A DNA stretch of 56,118 nt, filler included, from Circinaria calcarea (Eukaryota): the NCBI GenBank assembly GCA_051942165.1. It is 5 parts of 5 records of this genome, joined end to end, with 100 filler letters (N's around TTAATTAATTAA, not from the genome) between each part and the next. Parts side by side here need not be neighbours in the genome. Positions count along the whole stretch, not along the records: positions 11,258 to 22,411 come from JAVECS010000705.1; positions 22,512 to 33,654 come from JAVECS010000706.1; 3 more parts are not named here. The stretch is one strand, 5' to 3'. This document shows positions 12,248 through 26,053 of this stretch, piece by piece. A program made the position numbers and the translations under genes. Under the pieces are notes generated by a model. That model made no database searches. It was not told where the DNA came from and was given only the letters and a program-made list of their open reading frames with translations. Position 1 is the first letter of the stretch. Each line of letters starts with the position of its first letter.

Positions 12248-15200
12248 TTACGCTTCCTCATCGTCATCATCTCCCAACAATTCATCTTCATCCGGATCCA
12301 CGACCGCGTAGTCGTTCCTCCCTCTTGCAAAGCTCTGCCTGGTTGTGTACCTCCTCCCGCCCCCGAACATGCCGCTGACACTTCTCCAAATCGACCCCAC
12401 AAGCGTGGGTATAGCCACAAGGACAGCAACAATTCCTGAAACGACGACGATAGGATAGTGAATCCAGGGTTGGTCGGTATCGAAGGCTCCGCCGTTCTCC
12501 CCGAGTCGAATGCGGCCGAACTTACCATCCCAATTTCTCCACACCCAATATCCTACTCCTGTAGCTACGATGGCTGGCAAGAATACAGCCACTACAAAGA
12601 GACCGAATCCGCTAAGTCCTCCATGCTTCTTCTCGAATTCTTTTTCACGACCTGGGCAAGGATGTTCGGTGGAGACATATTCGAGCTCCCTACCTCCCTC
12701 GCATGTGGTTAGTGGGATTCGCCGGTAGCCGGTAGGTTCAAAATATGACTTTCGTTTTGGGTCATCTTTGCATGTCTGGGAATGGTCGGGGGGTTCGTAG
12801 CCTTCCACTAGCACGCAAGAATTGTCGGAGCCGAGCTGGTAGTTATAATCACTAAAATAGATGAATTAGTCCATGGTTGTTCGACATAAATGCAAGATTA
12901 ATACACACCATTCAAAGTCTTGTCTGGTACAGGAGCAGTTCCTGGCAATGGCGTGAAGCAGTTCTGAACTTCGTCCGTTGTAGCACTCTGACTCAAGTTT
13001 CTTTCGATGATACTGCGAAACGTGGCCGAAGAGACAGTTATCTTCTTGCAGGGGATGTTTGGGTTCCCAAAGATAATAGTCACCTCCGTTTGGGTTGGTT
13101 TCATCAAGCTTGCATTCTTTATCTGTCAATCCCGAGAAATCAATGTTCACGGTCAGGATCTCGTTTCTGTTAGAGGAATCCGTGCTCCAAAGCAAGAAGT
13201 TGCGGGAATTGTCTGACGGCAGGGTGGTAATGGCGTCGATCTTCATCTTCGAGTCCGAGAACTTGTACGATTTCCATGACTTGCCTTCATCAAGCGAGTA
13301 GAACACCTCATCCGTGGCAACATTCTCGGCCACAAGCACAATGACGGATCCTCGGTCACCAAATTCCCACATATGACTGCCCTTTTGTACTGCAGTCCAT
13401 GTTAAGCCACCGTCGCGAGTCATGAAGGTGTCAGCTTCAGCTTTCGGAGTCAGGAACGATCCAACGTTACCGACACCAATCATTAGACCAAGGGCTGAAG
13501 GAGAAGAGAAAGTGTTGCGATGATCTTTACGTTCGGTGTATCCGTGAAGATGCAACGAACACCCTTGGCCATCATCGGTGTCACAATCAAAGTCTTTGCC
13601 GTCAACATCTTTGGACGGCGCTGCTAATGGATCCCACTGCGCCCCATCGTTATGAGTGATCAATGTCCTTAGCTTCTTCGGACGACGCTTATCTCCATCT
13701 TCGAGGTTACCAACCACATTCACGACTGCGACACCTTCCAAGCCTAGCATCTTCTCGAAATCAACGTATCCTGCCGTATTCATGTTGACTCCGTTGATAC
13801 TCAGGACATAGGAAGTTCCATTGCTATTACTCTTCATGATGGTGCCGTATTCAAACCCCTCGTTCGTGCCAACCTTGACATTCACGAAAACGGCGTGCGT
13901 GGAGCTGTCTAGAACGGTATAGGCCTGTTGATGCGAAACGTTAAAGTTCTTGGGAAACCTGGCATCTGCGAAGGTAGTACCGTCAACGCTCGCATCAAGC
14001 TTGAGATCGTTCTTGCCGTCTTTGGCGGCGACAATTATAAATTCGGACATAGTGGCAAAGGCAGTAATATCTTCGAAGTGGGTTTTTGAATCCGCAAACC
14101 AATTATCACTTGAAAGCAGTTGCCATGGGCCATCGAGCTTCTCGTCTTTGTGCTGCTGGCAGTAAACCAATCTTTCCTTATCGCCTCGTCCCTCCTTCTT
14201 GATGAATTCACACCTGCGAACATAACGTAGCAATACTCTCCATTCGTTGCCTCTATCTTCGGTGATGTAGGCAACGGAATGACACTCCTTAGGGTCAGAT
14301 TTTTCACAACCTTGCGCGCCTGTCCAGATAAGCCAGTCCTTGTAATCCGGATGGAATACAAGGGCATCAACGGAATCCTCCACGGTTGGCACTGCTTCTG
14401 TAGTGAAAGATTTAATTGTATCACCTCTATTGATGGAGTAGAAGACTTCCTTGGTGGGAGTAAAGAAGTAAAAAACGTCGTGGAAGTACTGATGTGGAGC
14501 AATAGCGACTATTTCCTCGTTTTTCAAAATCTCTCGCCAAGTCTTGCCGTGATCTCTGGAGATATAAACCTCGTTTCGATCACTTCGATCAGTCAACATG
14601 ATGACTGTTTCGTCTTCGCCACTGCTAGTTGCCGTTCGTTCCAGGTAGTAGTAATCTTTGAAGCCCCTCCCTGGGAATTTAGTGGTCTCGTGACTGATTT
14701 TCCCGCTTACAGGTTTATGTACTGTTTCTCTGCAAGGACGCGAAACCTCCTTTTCTAAATTGATTCCTTTCTTGGTATCACACTGGTTTCCCGGTATCAA
14801 TCTGTAACCGGAAGGGCCCTTGAACTCATCATCGGCTTTTTTGCATTGATCTTCTGGAACTGGAAGTACTCCTGCTGGTACACACCTCTTTCCATCTTCG
14901 CCGCGGACAAAGTTGAAATCACATTCAAAGTCCTCCTCGGAGCAAGGACAGTACTCCCACTCAGGCTCTGGATCCTTGAACTCTTCGTCAATGAAGCACT
15001 CCGCATCTGCTTTCCGTCGTCTGTACTTTTGCTTACGGCCCATAAGGCAGTCTGGTTCTCCGGCTTTATCCAGGCGAGCCCACCAGTCCTTATAATCCTT
15101 CTCTCCGCATTGCCTCTCGTGAAGGCCTTTGAAGTCTATTGAGTAAATATAGTACTCGGTTTTAAAGCCTCTGCCTACGGTCCCAAGCAGTACAAACTGT

Positions 15201-16750
15201 AGACTGGTAGAGTCAGGTGTCGTGGTAAGGAGCCTGGCGTTGACCTCGACCTTCTCATCCAATTCTGCCCTTTCCCAGTGCTCCCCGTGATTGATAGAGT
15301 AGCGAATTTCTTGGGTAGGACTTTCATCATAGATAGCAAGTAGAACAGATCCCTGGTCGCCAAATTCGTATTTATGAGCCCCACTTAGGGCTCTTTTCCA
15401 TGTAAGGCCGGCGTCATCCGAAATGTACAGGTCACCTTCCTCGTAGGCTTTGAGATAATCGCCGGTATTCCCTATACCCATGACTAATCCTGGCGCCGGA
15501 CTAGAAAAAACTCTACCAACATTGGACATATGCGTGACCGAGTGGAGATGGAAGTCATTCTTGCCATCGGTGATTGGCTGGAACGTACGACCGTCATCGA
15601 AGCTGATTCGAGTTTTAACCTTTCTATTGCCATTGCCATTGCGTTGCTCCACCTCTTCCCAGTTGTCCACAACATTTACCAGTATGATGCCTTGAATATT
15701 CTGTATCTTCTCGAAGTCCACAAGGCCCGCGATATTGCGGTTTGTGTGTTCGATGTTCTTGGTAAAGTAAGTTCCATTGGAGTTACTACTGAATAGCACT
15801 CCCATGGCGCTTTCACGCCTGGTGGTCATAACATCCACCTGTATGCTGTAATTTGTTGACTCCAATATTGTATATGCCTCTTCTTTGATCTTGTGATTGT
15901 TGGGAAACTCTGCTCGGTGCCATGTGTCGGCGTCAACCGTCACGTACAAAGCCAGCTCATCAGTGCCCTCGGCCTTTGCTGCCGCAACGATAAAGCCTTT
16001 GACCACAGCTATGCTAATGAGGCCCTGCACTGTTCGATCTCCATCCAATGCTGGTTCATATTCGTCCTTCTTGAAATAATCGTCGGAAACCAGTAATCGG
16101 AAATCTTTCTGCCGATTGGAATACTTGCCCTTGACAACGCAAAGAATACGATTATCACCTTTGTCCTGTTTTGTAGTTTGAAACCGAGGCGTAGAATGAG
16201 CGAAGTGGCAAAGCCTGGTATGTTCCCTCAGAAGCGAAATTGTCTTGAAGTCATCCATTGTGTAGTAGGTTGATATCTCACAATCCCTAGCATCGCACTC
16301 CAGTCCTTGTATCAAGACCTTCCGGCTGTCCCCAGCGTGGAAGCTGAGAGGTGCAGGCACCCGGCGGGGATTGTTTTCGGTCTTGAAAGAGCTCCATGTT
16401 TGGCCTCGATCGCGCGTGATCCAATGTTTATTGTTCGCACCAATGGTATATGCGACTTTCTTGTCGTACGGGTGCAGCCAGACCTGCAAACCCGCCTCTT
16501 CATCGATGTCTTTGACTTTCTCCCAGGACTCACCAGCGTCCTCTGACCTCCAGACAATGCCTCTATCTGTTTCCTGTACTAAGATGGTATCGCTGTCATC
16601 GAAATATTGTAGATTCGAAGGTTGGGTGTCGAATTTTGTTTTTGATATCCGGGGGCCATCCTTCTTCGCAGATGTGCATATGGAGAAGAGAAGGAGCGTA
16701 AATATGGAGAGCCACGGTAATCCAGTCGACAATGACCTCCGTAATCGCAT
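12248..16750 (-). CDS. VPS10: Vacuolar protein sorting receptor Vps10/Pep1 (sortilin family)
   Basis: Signal peptide and two Vps10 domains with BNR/Asp-box repeats (SxDxGxTW), Cys-rich 10CC regions, a TM helix (GLFVVAVFLPAIVATGVGYWVW) and an acidic cytosolic tail. One intron at 12852-12908 restores DFEC-DYNY. Confidence 0.96.
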
Positions 16751-17139
16751 AGTGGATGTGTGGTGTGTACGGACACTGAATCAGGGCCAGCTGTGATCTT
16801 GGTTTCCGAGGGTGAGGCGTATGCTTGTAGGGCTCATCGGTCTCAAATGTCCCGATTGTCCGAGCTGACAGGTGTCCCTATTCTATCGGCTTGTGATGGT
16901 GATGGATGTCCTTTGACTGTGTATTACTGAGTCTCACTTCACATACTGAATGAGGTGGCTGACTGAGCGTGACTGCTTGGTATACCACAACAACGACATC
17001 TATACTAGGGCTGACATGCTTCGTACCTGCGACCAAATTCTTAAGAGAAAGTTCAGGGCCTGATACATCGGTTCTATGTTACAATGCTAGCTCTGCCGGC
17101 AAACTCCAACCCCCCCACAGGTCCGAGTACTGGCCCCAA

Positions 17140-18676
17140 TTAATTATACTGCATGTACGTAGCCGTAGAGTTGAATTTCAAGTTCCCCTTAATGACCTTG
17201 TCCACGGCAGCGAGGAAGTCCTTCTCGCTTGCTACCTTCCTCCGAGCCCGGATCGCAAACATTCCCGCCTCCGTAGCCACACTTCTCAGCTCGGCCCCCG
17301 TAGAGTTCGGGCAGAGCCGCGAGATCAACTCCCACCGAATGTCTCTCTCCACCGACATACTCTTAGCGTGGATGCGTAGGATGTTAGCCCTGCCTTCTAG
17401 GTCGGGAAGGGAGAACTCGATCTTACGATCTATCCGGCCAGGGCGCATGAGAGCTGGGTCGAGGGTAGATGGCCTGTTGGTAGCGAACATAACCTTGATG
17501 TTCCCTCTTGAGTCGAAACCGTCGAGTTGAGTGATAAGTTCCAACATGGTTCTCTGCACTTCATTGTCTCCGCCAGCGCCATCGTCGAATCGGGCGCCAC
17601 CGATAGCGTCTATTTCATCAAAGAAGATGATGCAAGCCTTCTTCGTACGAGCCATCTCGAATAATTCCCGTACCATCCTTGCACCTTCGCCAACATATTT
17701 CTGTACAAGTTCGCTACCAATAACGCGTATAAAAGTGGCGTCTGTCCTGTTCGCAACGGCCCGTGCACAAAGAGTCTTTCCAGTTCCGGGAGGGCCATAC
17801 AGCAAAGCACCCTTCGGAGGGTCAATACCCAGATTGACAAAGCGTTCTGGCGAGAGAAGGGGCATTTCAACGACTTCACGAATCTTCTCAATCTGATCTT
17901 TGCACCCGCCGACGTCGCCATAGGTCACATCAGGTTTGTCCTCCACAGTCATCATGGTAACGCTAGGGTCGATCTTGGGAGGGAGCGGAAGAAGGATTTC
18001 GTATTTGTTGCGGTCAACTCTAGATTCCCTTTAGCATTTACTTCAACACCTGGAGCTCGGTTTCCCTACCCGACACGCATACCCTCCTCTATATCTGTTG
18101 GACTGACCCTCTCACCTAGCTTAACGACGAACTTGGCTATTTGCTTGACATTGATCACGTATTTGCTCTTGTCCGGATGCTCTTCGTCTTGAATGATTTT
18201 CGTACATCGAGCAACTTGTAAAGGATGATCTTCAGACATCCGTTGTCGGTCCGCGGCGATATCCCATAGATGCGGCGGGGCTAGCCCAGTGTCTGATTCC
18301 TGAAATCGGGTCAGTTTGGACATGGGGTCATAAACTGCTAAAATGTACCTTCACTCCTGTTATATGTTAGCCAAAGCACCTCGACTAGCTACACACGAAG
18401 ACGTTGACAAACCTATCTTCTCGTTTACACTTGTCTGCTTTTCCTTGATCTGCTTCTCTAACCTCTTAAGCGCTGCGGCATATGGTGCAGCGCCATAGGT
18501 CTTCAGCACTTGTATGTCCCTGATAGTGACAAGTCAGTAGTAGATCAAGCAGAAGTCCATTTTTGCCATCGATTCTCATACTCGTCCGTCAAGGGTGTAA
18601 TCTTCTTTTCTGGCTCCTCCTCATCCGCAAACTCCTTCTTGTACTTTTCCCAATTCTGACCGGTAGCGCTAGGCAT
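17140..18676 (-). CDS. RPT1: 26S proteasome regulatory AAA-ATPase subunit Rpt1 (subunit 7)
   Basis: Starts [14 protein letters not shown] at 18676. Multi-exon. Walker A GPPGTGKT, Walker [17 protein letters not shown] and the C-terminus [11 protein letters not shown] are typical of Rpt1. Confidence 0.96.
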
Positions 18677-19150
18677 GTTTGTGAGGGACGAGGCGGTTTC
18701 TCGGGTCAGTTAAAAGTAGTTCGACTCAAGTGACGAATGGTCTAAGATCAAGGGCTGAGCTGTAACTGGCTAAGTGAGGCGTCGTACGGCTTAAGTGCCT
18801 GAGAATGTAATGGAATTTAGCTGAGCTGGTGGCTTTCCAGAAGGTCCGTCCTGTTTTGAAGTAGTTAAAAGAGGTTAAGCAAGATACTACGAATGATTAC
18901 CAAAGAGCAGGGAACTCAGGCCACTCGTTGATGATGAATGTCTGAATGGAGGTTCGGCGAAGCTCTTCGGAATGACCCGAAGCAATCTAGCGTCGCGACT
19001 CTAAAGAAATTCGTCAAAGCTTCGACGCGAACCCGAACCACCAAGCTTTGCTTCATGGCTAAGGTGTCATACAAGCTGTACTACAAACTAAAGGCACTAT
19101 CCTCGCTCTCAACTCGTCCCACTATCACATCCAAAAATTAGGGTTTTGGG
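18677..19150. promoter_or_regulatory. Putative bidirectional promoter between RPT1 and CCT4
   Basis: 474-bp spacer between two divergently oriented ATGs. Confidence 0.55.
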
Positions 19151-21182
19151 ATGGCAGCTACAATGTCTGCCGGTAGCAATTCTGGCAATAATGCCTTCAA
19201 GGTACTTGGAGTCCTGTCGCCTAAGAAGTAAACACGCGCTGACCTCTTATTAGGACAAGGAAAAGCCGATGGCCGTTCGAAGTGCTAACATTATGGCCGC
19301 TCGAGGTAGAAGGAAGAACATCCATGAATAAGAATATACCACTGATACCGGGTAGCTGTTGCCGATGCTATCCGTACTGTGGGTTCTATAGCCTCCGGGG
19401 CATCGCATGGTATATATTGATTCAAAACAATAGTCGCTTGGACCGCGAGGCATGGATAAGATGGTATCAATACCTGTTTCTCCCTACTCAAAGGCGAGCT
19501 CACTGACTTTCTCCAGATACAAACCGGTAAAGGCCAGACGATAATAGTAAGTTCTCAGCGAGCTTGGGCCTGTTGGCGGCAATCAGGGTTGACTGTCAAA
19601 GACGAATGACGGAAACACGATGCTCAAAGACATGAGTGTAATGCACCCGGCGGCGAAGATGCTAGTGGACTTAAGTGCCGCGCAAGACGTTGAGGCGGGA
19701 GACGGTACGACCTCGGTGGTTGTAATAGCTGGAAGTTTGCTAGGTGCAGCGGACAGATTACTGACAAAGGGTACCAAGTTCGAACCTTTATGAGAACAAA
19801 GTATTAACATACCAATTAGGTATACATCCTATGATCATCTCCGAATCCTTCCAACGAGCAGCGGCAGAAGCTGTAAAAGTACTCCATGACATGTCACAAC
19901 CGATATCTTTATCTGATCGCCCAACGCTGGAACAAGCAGCTTCAACCTCGCTATCCTCCAAGATTGTCTCCCAACACTCTAATCTCCTAGGTCCAATCGC
20001 TGTTGATGCGGTACTTAAGACCATTGATCAGAAAACCGCAGATAATGTAGATCTCAAGAACATAAGGATAATTAAAAAGGTCGGGGGAACGATAGAAGAC
20101 ACTGAGATGATAGATGGCTTGGTCTTAAATCAACCAGTTGTCAAGAGTGGTGGTGGACCCGCACGGATGGAGAAAGCTCGGATAGGCTTAATTCAATTTC
20201 AACTGAGCCCGCCTAAACCGGATGTATGGCTTTCTGCTGTACTCGTTTTACTGGTCTCACTGACGAAAACCAGATGGAAAATCAGATTGTCGTCAATGAT
20301 TACCGGCAAATGGATAAGATTCTAAAGGAGGAGCGGAAGTACCTTTTAGACATTGTCAAGAAGATCAAGAAAGCGAAATGCAATGTTATACTCATACAAA
20401 AGTCCATTCTCAGAGACGCAGTCAACGACCTTAGCCTGCATTTCCTAGCGAAACTCAACATCCTGGCGGTGAAAGATATTGAGCGGGATGAGATTGAATT
20501 CATTTGCAAAGTACACCAGTCCTTCATTCAATAGCAAAGCCTTTAGTATATGATCTAACGGAACCTTTAGTCTACGGGTTGTAAGCCCATCGCGGACATC
20601 GATAGCTTCACAGAGGACAAACTTGGCTCCGCCGAGCTCATCGAAGAAGTCCAAGCCTCCGGATCCCGAATAGTAAAAGTCACAGGCGTAACTCACAAAT
20701 CCGCTGGCCAAACCGTCTCCATCGTCTGCCGTGGCGCTAACGCCCTTATCCTTGACGAAGCCGAACGAAGCCTACACGATGCGCTATGTGTGATTCGATG
20801 TCTCGTCAAAAAGAAGGCCCTAATCGCTGGAGGCGGTGCACCCGAGATCGCCATTGCTCAAGCTCTCAGTAAAAAGTCTCAAAGTCTCCCGGGTACGGAA
20901 TCCATATGCTGGAGAGCATTTGCAGATGCGATGGAGGTTATCCCGACTACATTGGCAGAAAACGCGGGGTTGAATAGCATCAAGGTTGTCACTGATCTGA
21001 GAGCTAGGCACGAGCATGGGGAGAAGAATGCCGGTGTCAGTATCAGGAGTGGGGGAGTCAAAAACAACATTGCCGAAGAGAATGTCCTGCAGCCGCTGCT
21101 GGTGAGCACAAGTGCCGTCGAGTTGGCAGCTGAAACTGTTAAAATGATTCTGCGTATAGACGACATTTGTCTATCAAGATAA
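19151..21182 (+). CDS. CCT4: T-complex protein 1 subunit delta (CCT/TRiC chaperonin)
   Basis: Spliced N-terminus reads [38 protein letters not shown], followed by [26 protein letters not shown] and ILRIDDI. There are several short 5' exons (23-52 nt) with GT..AG introns. Confidence 0.96.
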
Positions 21183-22411
21183 TTCGGCGTGAGAAGAAGT
21201 CATTTTTGCCATGGTCAAACGGCCACATGAGATTTGACGTGAACCGTTTCTTATATACCATCCCCCCAACTATACTCACCAAGCCCTCCAAACTCTCCAA
21301 ACTCATAGCATAGAATCCCTTAAACGCCCCGATCAATCTTTTCTACCTTTTGCACACTACTGTACTGTATTGAAACGATGCGATAGTAGTATATTGAACT
21401 ATGTCAATGCCAATGCCAATGCCAATGCAAACATACCAATGAAGTCAACTGTGGCCATAGAGCCGTCCCCAGAAATCTTCGTGCCAAGTGCAATCGGGTA
21501 AAATACCTTTGAAAATATCCATGCAAAGTATGGGATCAGTGACAGAATCAACGTCCTTTGATATTTTCTTTTTCTTCTATATGGTCAACAAGACCCCCGG
21601 CAGTCTTGAAAATTGTTTTATTATGGCAACCCTGGCCGTTGCAGGCTCTTGGATGCGAGGTTGGTATGTATTGCCCTTCGTTCTTCCGCGGCTGATTAGA
21701 TGTGTGATGTTTTTTCTCGGATGGTTGGGACAGATTGATTAATCCTCTTGAATAGCATGGGTGGATTGATAGTGATACCTAGGATATCGATGATTAGGAT
21801 CCGGAGGCATCCGGCGTGTATGGAATTTTTAATACGTCGATTACTGAGTGAATGTCGTAAGAAATAGCATCGGAATAAGATAAGTGCAATGATCCTCCAT
21901 ATATAATAATATTTTATTTATCGAGATAAGAATTAGTTCGGCGCAGATACAAAGGCATTTATTTTGCTTTTTGGTCCTTTAGGAGGAGATTTATAAATGG
22001 TGAAAAGTTTTGTTTTTAAAAAACCGAGCTTTTTTATTTCCCCTTACTCGCTGAATCCCCTGAGCCCTATATTATCAAACCGCGGCATACCGGCAAAATC
22101 TAACCTACTCTCAAGTCCTCGACACCCTTACTTCATTCCTAGCAATCTGGTTTCTAGCCCCAAGGATGACCGGCTTTGTTACTGGCAGCAGCTTTGCTTT
22201 TCGCCATCATGAATTGGCCATTTGAAGCATCGCCGTATTCGAAGGCTCTATGTGGATATAGTGATCCCAGAAAAAAAACCAATAGCTAAACAGATTATGT
22301 CGTTAAGCGACTAGGTAGCTGACGGACAATTTTCAAGTATATGGGTGAGGGTCTAGTATGATGGGTGAGATTATCTGCCAGTGTCCTAGGATAGGTTCTC
22401 GAGTAATTGCT

Positions 22412-22511
22412 NNNNNNNNNNNNNNNNNNNNNNNNNNNNNNNNNNNNNNNNNNNNTTAATTAATTAANNNNNNNNNNNNNNNNNNNNNNNNNNNNNNNNN
22501 NNNNNNNNNNN
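22412..22511. other. Artificial contig linker (44 N + TTAATTAATTAA + 44 N)
   Basis: Same 100-nt cassette as the other linkers. Confidence 0.97.
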
Positions 22512-23239
22512 TCACGTTGTGTCCCGACGAACCCGGTAATCCTCTTCGGTAATCCAAAAAGAACCACGACTTGATCTATTAAATGAGTCCCTAAATCAAA
22601 GACCGCCCCACCACCTGGGGCAGGTTTCGTTTTCCATCCACCTCCTGACGGCACTTCGGGTCTATGTCGATCAAAGTGTGTCTCGAACTCAGTGATGCGA
22701 CCTAAGGACCCCTTTTTGACAAGCTCAGATATAGTAAGAAAATCGGAATCCCAGCGTCGATCTAGGTCTTTGTTAGTAGGAATCAATGCGAATTGGGTTG
22801 CGACTCACTCTGATATACGGTTAGCAAACGTTGATGCTTCTTTGCGACAGAAATAAGGTCAGTTGCTTCTTCGTGCGTAGGTGTAAAGGGCTTCTCGACG
22901 ACGACTTGGCGTGTTAGGCTCCAGACCCGCAACCGCTCAGCTCGAGCTTTCCATACCATGCTTTCCATTGACCAATGCCAGTTTAGCCAACTCGAGATGT
23001 GTAACAGGCGGAGTCGTTACAACTACAACGTCCACCTTGTCATCCTTGACCATATCTTCGGTGCTGTGGTAGATTTTGATATCGGAATGGTCTTTCTCCG
23101 CATCATTGTCGGATTTAGGATTTCGCTGAACGATAGCGTAAAGTTTAAGCTCAGGAACTGTAGCTATCAAGGGAATATGAAAGACTTTGGCAGACATGCC
23201 GTATCCAATGATGCCGACGTTGAAGGTCCGGGATGCCAT
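22512..23239 (-). CDS. Gfo/Idh/MocA family NAD(P)-dependent oxidoreductase (3' truncated by the contig edge)
   Basis: Rossmann motif VGIIGYGMSAKVFH, then VVVTTPP..H, VVVEKPF, RRWDSDF and GGAVFDLGTHLIDQ. Two introns. Confidence 0.92.
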
Positions 23240-25066
23240 TCTGTAGCGCGTGTCAGTATTTCGGAGCTGTAGCTGACTAAAAGGTCCTACATGCTACATA
23301 CGCAGAATATCAGTAGCCACTAGCCGTGTTCAAGGACAGCAGCTTGTACACGCACCGACGACACCCTGCTGGTTTCCATCTCCTCCAGAGGCTTCGTCAG
23401 AGGTCTCTTGGATATCTCTCTAGTAGCGGGATAGTCCGTCTTCGCTAAAGCCTTAACTCTACCTCATCGGAGCTGGCAGAACCATGGCCCGGCCTCTTAA
23501 GCATCTGTATATTGGAATTAGCACTCCATGTCAACAGCCTTGCAATACAGTACCAATTCACAGTATTGACGGAAATCCAGTCGTCTCTAAGGTTCTACTA
23601 CCAAAGTATCTTGCTACCAACATATATTTCCTAATCCTAACAATATCCATGAACCACATGACACAGTTAATCTTAAGCTCGTAACAAGCCAAATTCAGGC
23701 CGTTGGCAACGACAATCCTGCTTTAACATGGATGAAAGCAGCAGCATATATCAATGTTGAAGTCTCATTTTTACTGGCCTAGCTTTGGGCCTAAGCGGCT
23801 CCATAATGCTGGCAATACCCCATATCCTCGCAGTTACGTGTCTGGATGAGTCCTGCGAAGATGAAGGTGCAAGGACCAGGGGCAAAAAACTGAAAGAATG
23901 ACAAGGAGGGCCCCAGAAAAGCTACTACGAGCTCTAATAAAAATACAAAGGAAGTCTGTTGACGTGGAGAAGATGACGGATTTAGGAAGTTAATCTAGAT
24001 CGAGAACGATAGGAAGGTAACTTTATGGTGAAGTCAACACGGGTGCAAGCATGGAATCTAACAACGAGGCTGAATACGCCACCTGAGCTGTTAGCAGGTT
24101 ATGGCAACCATTCAACCTATTCGATACCTACAACAGGCATGATATGGCAATGAGAGAGAAAGTGTACAAAACGTTACAGGCAGCGAAGTCGCTTGGATGG
24201 AAAGTTACTAGCTTCATCACATGATCGATTGCCAAGTCATACCATATTTCGGTTACCGACACGATTCTACTACATACCAGATCCCGCGACGCATGCACAT
24301 AAGATGCTACGTACCAAGCACATTTTTGCGGCAGAATAAGATCCCCGAGTTCTTTCTTATGGACTGGTTACGACGACAGTAAAACTAGATCTACCTAGGA
24401 AACTGGCCTTGACCAAGAGCTTCCTGCCAAGCACTCTACGATCGTCTCCTCCAAAATATGGTCGACGTTCTACTGACACCGTATCAGAGTCATTACTGTC
24501 ACTCTGCTACACGTTGTCTAACAGTCGGAAGGTTCCCATCAGGACGACCTGCTCAAGTTCACCCACCAGCTCATGTGGCTCAGAGCGCAGTAAGATCCAA
24601 AAACTTGACCGGTCGCCGTAGAGCGATTCTACAGGCACCGACTATGTAAACTGGAAGAACGCCATGTCTCTGAGGCGAAAGCTACCTATGTCTCTTCGAC
24701 AAAGGGAGTAGAGGGCGATAAGGATAATTGCATGGACGAAACGAACTATTGCGTGTAAGGAAACACGATAGCCAACGAGGAGGGATCGGGTATTGTCGTC
24801 TAAGGAAAAGAGGTAAATCATTGCAATATGACCACAAACATGTGTGGTCGCTCACGGAGGCAAATAAAAAGCTGGGGTGTTTAGTTCCGAGCTGGTGTCC
24901 AATAACTTTACATGGATTAGTTTCTCCGTCTATTGACCTGTGAAACGTACGATTGGAATATGGGTGCGGTATACTACCCTGCTTTTCTTATGGAATGGTA
25001 GCACTTTTCCCGGCGCTGTCTATCTCGGTCCAATTGACCGACTCATCGTTTCACATTGGACCTGTT

Positions 25067-26053
25067 TTACCTCTCCTCTCCGACGCATCTCGTTATCTCT
25101 ACGCCATCCTAGATACTGTTAGCAATTCATCTGTTACCCCAATGTCTTAACTTACCGGAATACCTGTTGGCTCAAAGCTATCGACGAGTTTGCTTTCGTA
25201 TATCAAGTTTGGATTTCCTTTGATTTCTGTACTGAGTTTTTCTTCTCCTTCGCGATTTCGATATTGGTTCTTCGTATGCTCTTTGAAGCTTGCATCGTCC
25301 GGCTGATTAGCGCCTCCGTTCTCAGAAAGTTCCCGTTTCTCTGCAACACTACTCCGAACGTATTTAAGATATGGAGGATTGCCCGGCTTGATGACGTTGT
25401 CAGCGGCCAAGACCGTCCCAGGCGAGACGAGTCCGAGATGTTCGCAGAGCTTTAGGTCTGTGGTATAGGCCGGCTTATAATGGTCGAGAAACATAAGATC
25501 TATGTGCTTCATTGTACCATTTTGATGTAGCCTTTTTATGGATTCTGCACTCGGCCCAATAACCACCTTTACCACGTCACTCAGACCTGCAAGGTCCACT
25601 AGACACATGATGACGGCGGCAAATTCGGGATTCCGCTCCAAACTGAAATACCTTTTGCCGCCTGCCTTTCGGACTGCATCACCAAAGAGGAGCGCCGAGT
25701 AGCCGACATATCCACCCAGCTCTACCATCGTCTCTGGCTTGACCTCTGCAATCAAGTCGGATACGATCTTGCCTTTGTCATCTCCAACATTCATGAGGTA
25801 TCTTTTCGTCCGGCCATACTCATCGACCGCCCGCAAGACTCCTGAAGGAGAGCCCCGAATCTCCTCAATCAAGGGATGGCCATACACGTAATGGAGGAGT
25901 TCGATCTCGCGCCCGTCGTCAAACTTTAGACACCTGATCAGCAGTGGGCAAGGAGGGATTGTGACCAATCTGACTAACGAACGCGGTACCTTCTTCCTCT
26001 TGAGGTACGTATGCCTTCGTCTCGTCGAATTGGTTGATGCGGGATTCCGCCAT
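25067..26053 (-). CDS. SAM-dependent catechol-type O-methyltransferase of the mycosporine cluster (MysB-equivalent)
   Basis: Exon 1 is MAESRINQFDETKAYVPQEEEGTAF, followed by intron 25924-25978 (GTTAGT..AAG). Core motifs LMNVG..KG, VELGGYVGYSA, FLDHYK..Y and LAADNV. Last exon DGVEITRCVGEER*. Divergent from the DDGS gene. Confidence 0.9.

Noticed and set aside
23300..25000. Possible gene between the oxidoreductase and O-MT
   Set aside because: Only short ORFs with frequent stops. No supportable product.
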